A DNA stretch of 39,430 bases, taken from the NCBI RefSeq assembly GCF_001194135.2, contig NC_068986.1, positions 55,406,587-55,446,016 on the forward strand, given 5' to 3'. Both the position numbers and the translations under genes were made by a program. A model generated the notes under the pieces. The model did not search any database. It was not told the DNA's origin and was given only the letters and a program-made list of their open reading frames with translations. This DNA comes from Octopus bimaculoides. Lineage: Eukaryota. Below are positions 33,331-39,430 of the stretch, piece after piece (positions within the stretch are counted from its first letter, which is position 1; each line of letters begins with the position of its first letter).

Positions 33331-36300
33331 TTTTAAAAGAGCGTTAGTTGAAACGACTAATCAAATTCAAATGTGTATCTGTCAATATGAATTACATCAT
33401 TATATAAAATTATACGCATAACCCAAATTANNNNNNNNNNNNNNNNNNNNNNNNNNNNNNNNNNNNNNNNNNNNNNNNNNNNNNNNNNNNNNNNNNNNNN
33501 NNNNNNNNNNNNNNNNNNNNNNNNNNNNNNNNNNNNNNNNNNNNNNNNNNNNNNNNNNNNNNNNNNNNNNNNNNNNNNNNNNNNNNNNNNNNNNNNNNNN
33601 NNNNNNNNNNNNNNNNNNNNNNNNNNNNNNNNNNNNNNNNNNNNNNNNNNNNNNNNNNNNNNNNNNNNNNNNNNNNNNNNNNNNNNNNNNNNNNNNNNNN
33701 NNNNNNNNNNNNNNNNNNNNNNNNNNNNNNNNNNNNNNNNNNNNNNNNNNNNNNNNNNNNNNNNNNNNNNNNNNNNNNNNNNNNNNNNNNNNNNNNNNNN
33801 NNNNNNNNNNNNNNNNNNNNNNNNNNNNNNNNNNNNNNNNNNNNNNNNNNNNNNNNNNNNNNNNNNNNNNNNNNNNNNNNNNNNNNNNNNNNNNNNNNNN
33901 NNNNNNNNNNNNNNNNNNNNNNNNNNNNNNNNNNNNNNNNNNNNNNNNNNNNNNNNNNNNNNNNNNNNNNNNNNNNNNNNNNNNNNNNNNNNNNNNNNNN
34001 NNNNNNNNNNNNNNNNNNNNNNNNNNNNNNNNNNNNNNNNNNNNNNNNNNNNNNNNNNNNNNNNNNNNNNNNNNNNNNNNNNNNNNNNNNNNNNNNNNNN
34101 NNNNNNNNNNNNNNNNNNNNNNNNNNNNNNNNNNNNNNNNNNNNNNNNNNNNNNNNNNNNNNNNNNNNNNNNNNNNNNNNNNNNNNNNNNNNNNNNNNNN
34201 NNNNNNNNNNNNNNNNNNNNNNNNNNNNNNNNNNNNNNNNNNNNNNNNNNNNNNNNNNNNNNNNNNNNNNNNNNNNNNNNNNNNNNNNNNNNNNNNNNNN
34301 NNNNNNNNNNNNNNNNNNNNNNNNNNNNNNNNNNNNNNNNNNNNNNNNNNNNNNNNNNNNNNNNTGTTCTTGTTGCCGTTGGTCTTCTATTACTAGAGAT
34401 ATTCCTCCTGTGTGTTTGCACATGCATATCTATTTGCTTGTGAGTGCATGCGTGGATGTATGTACGTGCATGTGCGCATGTGGATGTGGATATCTATATG
34501 GATGTATGTATATGTATATATGTATGTATATATATGTATATATATATATGTGTGTGTTTATATGTGTATGTGTAGGTATATGTATATGTGTGTGTGTGTA
34601 CATCTATTTGTGTGTGTGTGTGTGTGTGTGTGTATTTATGTATGTGTATATGTATAGGTGAGTATATAGGTAGGTATGTAGTTGTGTACATACGGATGTA
34701 ATGATAGTTGGCCACACAGTTGTGTATGTATGAATAAGTATGGGTAATATGTGAGGGGACATATTGTGTATAAGGGTGTATGTATGGATATGTATAGATG
34801 AGAATGTATTTATCCTCATTGTTATTGCTGTGGTTATCGGCTTGTAGTCTTCTTGAAAGTCTACCAACTTAACTCTATTGCCATTACATTGGGAACTTTC
34901 CCCCTCACCATGAGTAATAGTAGAATTAAGAGATGTGTGACTGCGCGCATACATGTGTGTATACATACACGCACGCATGTACGTGGGTACGGGGAGATAT
35001 ACATAGCACGCGTGTGTGTGTGGGGGAGGGGATGTGCGCAGGCAATCTAGCATCTTGACCGGCCAGTGGCTATCCAACCGTAGCTAAGCGTAGGCAGTTT
35101 AAAACAATAGTTGCCCAATTGGAAGGAGGGAAGTTAACGGTAGTAATTAACCCTCCCCCATTAGCAGCAGAATGGTAGAGCCGTTGGAAGAAGCAACAGG
35201 ATATCTTGCACCGCTAAGTTTGAAANNNNNNNNNNNNNNNNNNNNNNNNNNNNNNNNNNNNNNNNNNNNNNNNNNNNNNNNNNNNNNNNNNNNNNNNNNN
35301 NNNNNNNNNNNNNNNNNNNNNNNNNNNNNNNNNNNNNNNNNNNNNNNNNNNNNNNNNNNNNNNNNNNNNNNNNNNNNNNNNNNNNNNNNNNNNNNNNNNN
35401 NNNNNNNNNNNNNNNNNNNNNNNNNNNNNNNNNNNNNNNNNNNNNNNNNNNNNNNNNNNNNNNNNNNNNNNNNNNNNNNNNNNNNNNNNNNNNNNNNNNN
35501 NNNNNNNNNNNNNNNNNNNNNNNNNNNNNNNNNNNNNNNNNNNNNNNNNNNNNNNNNNNNNNNNNNNNNNNNNNNNNNNNNNNNNNNNNNNNNNNNNNNN
35601 NNNNNNNNNNNNNNNNNNNNNNNNNNNNNNNNNNNNNNNNNNNNNNNNNNNNNNNNNNNNNNNNNNNNNNNNNNNNNNNNNNNNNNNNNNNNNNNNNNNN
35701 NNNNNNNNNNNNNNNNNNNNNNNNNNNNNNNNNNNNNNNNNNNNNNNNNNNNNNNNNNNNNNNNNNNNNNNNNNNNNNNNNNNNNNNNNNNNNNNNNNNN
35801 NNNNNNNNNNNNNNNNNNNNNNNNNNNNNNNNNNNNNNNNNNNNNNNNNNNNNNNNNNNNNNNNNNNNNNNNNNNNNNNNNNNNNNNNNNNNNNNNNNNN
35901 NNNNNNNNNNNNNNNNNNNNNNNNNNNNNNNNNNNNNNNNNNNNNNNNNNNNNNNNNNNNNNNNNNCTTCTATATGTAAACCAGGTTGGCAAAATAACAT
36001 AGTCTGCCATAGACACCTGTGCTTTGGTTCTTTCTTTCTTTTTCTTTCTTTTTTTGTCACTTTTGCTATGAATTAAATTAATGAATTCAACGGGATACAC
36101 CGCCTACAAGTAGTTGAGTTCAGCATATTATCCTCCATTTTCTAATTGTTATACACATTTTGGGTAAAACCTCCACTTTTACCCGCTCCCATTGATTGCA
36201 CCTAGTATAGCACTAGTGTAGCAATAATTGGGTACCCTCCCAGCAGTATACTGGATAGATATTATCCCTTAGTTGGTTGAACCCCCAACCCCTAACTCTC

Positions 36301-37105
36301 TCACATTATATATATATATATATATATATAGTGACTGAGGGTACAGGACAGCACTTGCATTGCTAGAAACAAGAGTCAATGACCCTTATAGCCAAAAAAG
36401 CACATTTTATGTACTGACAGGGGAGATAACCACCCCATAGCGAGTGAGATCATTATACTAGCAAGCTAGTTTTACTTGAAATTAAAGCTCGTTGGACTGA
36501 AATCGAAACCAAGTGTTTGCAAAGCGAGCTTCCTAACCACTCAGCTACGCATGCGCCTATAAAGAAAATATTTTGAAAATTTATTAAATGAAGCTGATTT
36601 AATGACACAATACTTCTGTTTCTGAAGTATCATGATATAATGTGGCTTTGAAAAGATTTTAAATCTAATAATAAATACTCAGGAACAGAGATTAAGTCAG
36701 GTCAAAGTCTTAGGTTACAGACAATATTATCAAATCTTGTTTAACGTAGTCGTTTTATGTGAGAAACATTATTAACATTGATTTTAAGTACTCTGCGTTT
36801 ACGAAAGTATGTGGTTTTTTCCGTATATTTTAGACGGTGTTATCCGGGCGGTGAAAAGTTTTGAGATGCTTATAGCACCGTTTGTATTAGATCCACTTAA
36901 AGTGTGGAAATTATTACCATACGTGTGTGTGCGCGCGCGCGTAAGTGTGTATGAAAGAGAGAAACAGAGAGTGAGTGCGTGTGTGTATTATATTTATGTG
37001 TGTGTATGCACGTATACAGGTGCATATATATATATTTGACAGGAAGGACAACAAAAGAAAGAAAGAGACCTCGATATTATGTAAATAGAGGAATTTATCT
37101 GTAAA

Positions 37106-37287
37106 AATATGTGACACTTATTCAGTAGTCAAGATAAAACTCCGAGTTTCGGATGCCAGAGTAAGAGCCCACGCCAACATCTCTTCAGTTATCCGGCCGG
37201 ATAACTGAAGAGATGTTGGCGTGGGCTCTCACTCTGGCATCCGAAGCTCGGAGTTTTATCTTGACTACTGAATAAGTGTCACATATT
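37106..37287. repeat. 182-bp spacer-less palindrome (91-bp arms, 2 mismatches) built from a hammerhead-bearing pLTR-like unit
   Basis: The centre is CCGG|CCGG at 37196/37197. The arms differ only at GTAAGAG vs CTCTCAC and GAGTTTC vs GAAGCTC. The right arm ends at a 10-N gap. Confidence 0.9.
37132..37194 (-). ncRNA. Candidate minimal type I hammerhead ribozyme with intact core
   Basis: Minus strand: GGATAA-CTGAAGA-GATGTTGG[CGTGGGCTCTTACT]CTGGCATC-C-GAAA-CT[CGG]AG-TT-TTATCT. Stem I is GATAA/TTATC, stem II is 8 bp with 3 G.U pairs, and the cleavage triplet is GUU. The plus-strand twin (37199-37261) has GAAG in place of GAAA. Confidence 0.65.
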
Positions 37288-37346
37288 NNNNNNNNNNTAT
37301 ATATATATATATATATATAAATATAAATATATGTATGTATGTGTGC

Positions 37347-37391
<45 letters not shown>
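37347..37391. repeat. (ATAG)n tetranucleotide microsatellite
   Basis: Directly visible. (ATGT)n tracts also occur at about 38577-38680 and 38793-38821. Confidence 0.95.
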
Positions 37392-37412
<21 letters not shown>

Positions 37413-37634
37413 GTATATTGTTAAGCATGTAAGTTTTATGCATAATCGAGTAAGACTATAAGACACGACAATTGGCACCTAAAATTATAGTTCGAATCAG
37501 TTGTTAGGGTCTATGTATAAATAGAATGAGAACAAAAATGTCCTACGGCACGTATCAAATGAGCACCAGAAGAAAGCAAAACAGTTCTTGCCTAAAGATT
37601 GCATAGGTTCGAAAACAAGTTGCGAGACAAGTTA

Positions 37635-37677
<43 letters not shown>

Positions 37678-37774
37678 CTTTTTCTCTTTTTAATTTAGAA
37701 TATATTTTAACTGGCCACTTTTTTTAGAAGCAAGGTTGTGAGGGAAGCATCTTGCTTTGTTTAATATCCTTTAA

Positions 37775-38490
37775 ATCTTAAAGGTCTTGAAGCTTTTTAC
37801 AGTCTCAGATATCGTGATAATTTGTAGTGTATGAATTAAGGATTTGCGTTCTTTCCCCATCAACTTTAGTTCTTGTTACTCCAGTAATAATAGAAATGAA
37901 GTTGAGAGTTTATCTTGGGTACTAGATTTGCAAATTCCTTATCCATGGTCTATAGATATCCTCTTTCTCTGGTATTTTTCTAACCACTTTGGTGTCCTTA
38001 GGGAAGCTGATTTCCTCAACATAACATCTTTTTCTTTATGGCCAGATGTCTTTTAATTTAGTGGCTGTTTTAAATTTTAAGTTCCACCAATATTCTTTTG
38101 ACTCATCGGTCTCAATATATTCAACTTTGCAGATGTTGCTTTTTTCTTGTTTTTTTTTTAAATTTAAAAGAAATTTTTTGCTATACTGTTCAAGAATTTT
38201 TGACCACTGCATCATTCCTCGCAGGAAGATAATATCTGGAAGACATTCTTTCTCAGTTGGCAATAATATGGTTGATGTCTTGAATTTTGGTCATGCAGAG
38301 CCTGCGTTCCTTGTCTGTCAATGTTTTTAGCCTTTTATGCTCTTGATACTTGGTGGGGATCTCTTGTTCATGAATTGCATGTGGGTAGCCTTTGAAACGG
38401 GATGTCATAAACTTGTCGGAACTCCATAGCAAGCTTTTGACATGATCATTTCCTCTATGGTTTATGTTCTTCGTGCCAAGTACCCGTGTA
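37775..38490 (-). pseudogene. R4/Dong-type non-LTR retrotransposon C-terminal zinc knuckle and restriction-like endonuclease remnant
   Basis: Minus strand, frameshifted: LLWSSDKFMTSRFKGYPHAIHEQEIPTKY...ERRLCMTKIQDINHIIAN*ERMSSRYYLPARNDAVVK (decayed CCHC and RH motif); EYWWNLKFKTATKL; CYVEEISFP...EKEDIYRPWIRNLQ..YP (RLE E-K-Y motifs); TISETVKSFKTF*. Confidence 0.82.
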
Positions 38491-39020
38491 CTGTCTTCTC
38501 AGTAAACAGGTACATTTTTTATATTTTGTTCTTCTGATAATTAGAGTTTATCAATGGTCCATGGAAATAGATTTGTATGTATGTATGTATTATGTATGTA
38601 TGTATGTATGTATGTATGTATGTATGTATGTATGTATGTATGTATGCATGCATGCGTGTGAGTATGTATGTATGTATGTCATTATTCAGTTTATTTCAAG
38701 ATTTCTTGCCAATAGAGAAAGAATCGGTTTCTAACCCAGATCCAAGGTTCCTTCATTGGAATTTTAACATCAACAATAGGGTATTTTTGTTTGTATGTAT
38801 GTATGTATGTATGTATGTATGATTGTATCAGGAACGTGCCGTAATTACTCAGGGTAGTAAATTCGTATATGATAAGGTTAAGGGTATGCAAATAAAGCTT
38901 CTATTTCATTATGCCGATACTGACTAGTGAGTTAGTTTTGGGGTTGCACCATGCTTATACCGATATAATGTAGGATAAATATAATAATAATAATAATAAT
39001 TCTAGAATAGAATTTTTAAA

Positions 39021-39107
39021 TATTTAATACATAGCTATGCGTGTTTCCACCAATCACATGTTAGACTCATGTTATTTGTGGAAACGCGCGTAGTGATGTT
39101 TCAAATA
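39021..39107. other. 87-nt imperfect stem-loop (pre-miRNA-sized)
   Basis: 40 opposed positions around the 7-nt loop TTAGACT (39061-39067), with 5 mismatches and 3 G.U pairs by hand pairing. The core is CTATGCGTGTTTCCAC/GTGGAAACGCGCGTAG. Confidence 0.7.
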
Positions 39108-39430
39108 GTCATAAATCCCATCCTAGAATTATTGTTATTATTATATATAGATTTAGATTTAAGGTGAATATGGTACTTAAGTTTAGGCACCAGAATTAAG
39201 TATGGTATTATCCATACAATTTCAAAATAAGGTGATTAAAATCAAAATAAGCAACAAGGATATCCAAAGTTAATGCAGAACGATCGTTTCATGCGACCCC
39301 ATTTATTTAAACAATATGAACATTACACCAAATGTAAAATGCAGAGCAATCCTCAGCTGCACGAAGATATAGATATAGAAATTTACTGAAATTACATTTA
39401 CTGAAATTTCATTGAAATGTAATTTCAGTA

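Noticed and set aside
34790-34935. Complex-sequence island open on both strands between microsatellites (possible exon)
   Set aside because: The AG/GT boundaries are weak and the peptides are unrecognisable, so it cannot be supported.
39384-39430. Perfect 16-bp-arm hairpin TACTGAAATTACATTT/AAATGTAATTTCAGTA
   Set aside because: It is very AT-rich, internally repetitive and cut by the window edge, so it cannot be interpreted.

Overview
AT-rich, microsatellite-dense eukaryotic genomic DNA with about 4.9 kb of N gaps. The SINE families and the TGEKPY-type C2H2 relic suggest a coleoid cephalopod, probably Octopus; this is an inference, not a database match. I can support no intact host protein-coding gene. 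Most listed ORFs are microsatellite or N-run artefacts, and the rest are pieces of decayed transposons. The window holds many decayed mobile elements: Ty3/Gypsy gag-protease, a maT-type mariner, Tigger/pogo, a Tc1 with DD36E spacing and both TIRs, a Chapaev3-type transposon with both termini, a Tx1/L1 LINE 3' part, two R4/Dong-type RLE LINE fragments, a Penelope-like (Neptune-type) GIY-YIG fragment, a TA-flanked MITE, a long-TIR foldback element and about 20 copies of two tRNA-like SINE families. The most interesting signal is a set of minimal type I hammerhead ribozyme motifs of the kind known from Penelope-like elements. One sits in a 182-bp head-to-head palindrome (37106-37287), one has an identical stem III (7411-7457) and one is inactivated (20830-20871). 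Other notable items are a long pre-miRNA-like hairpin (39021-39107), a SINE-type 3' tail on a non-SINE ORF end (1-383), and a SINE quasi-palindrome apparently converted to a perfect palindrome (32777-32837). All alignments and folds were done by eye.
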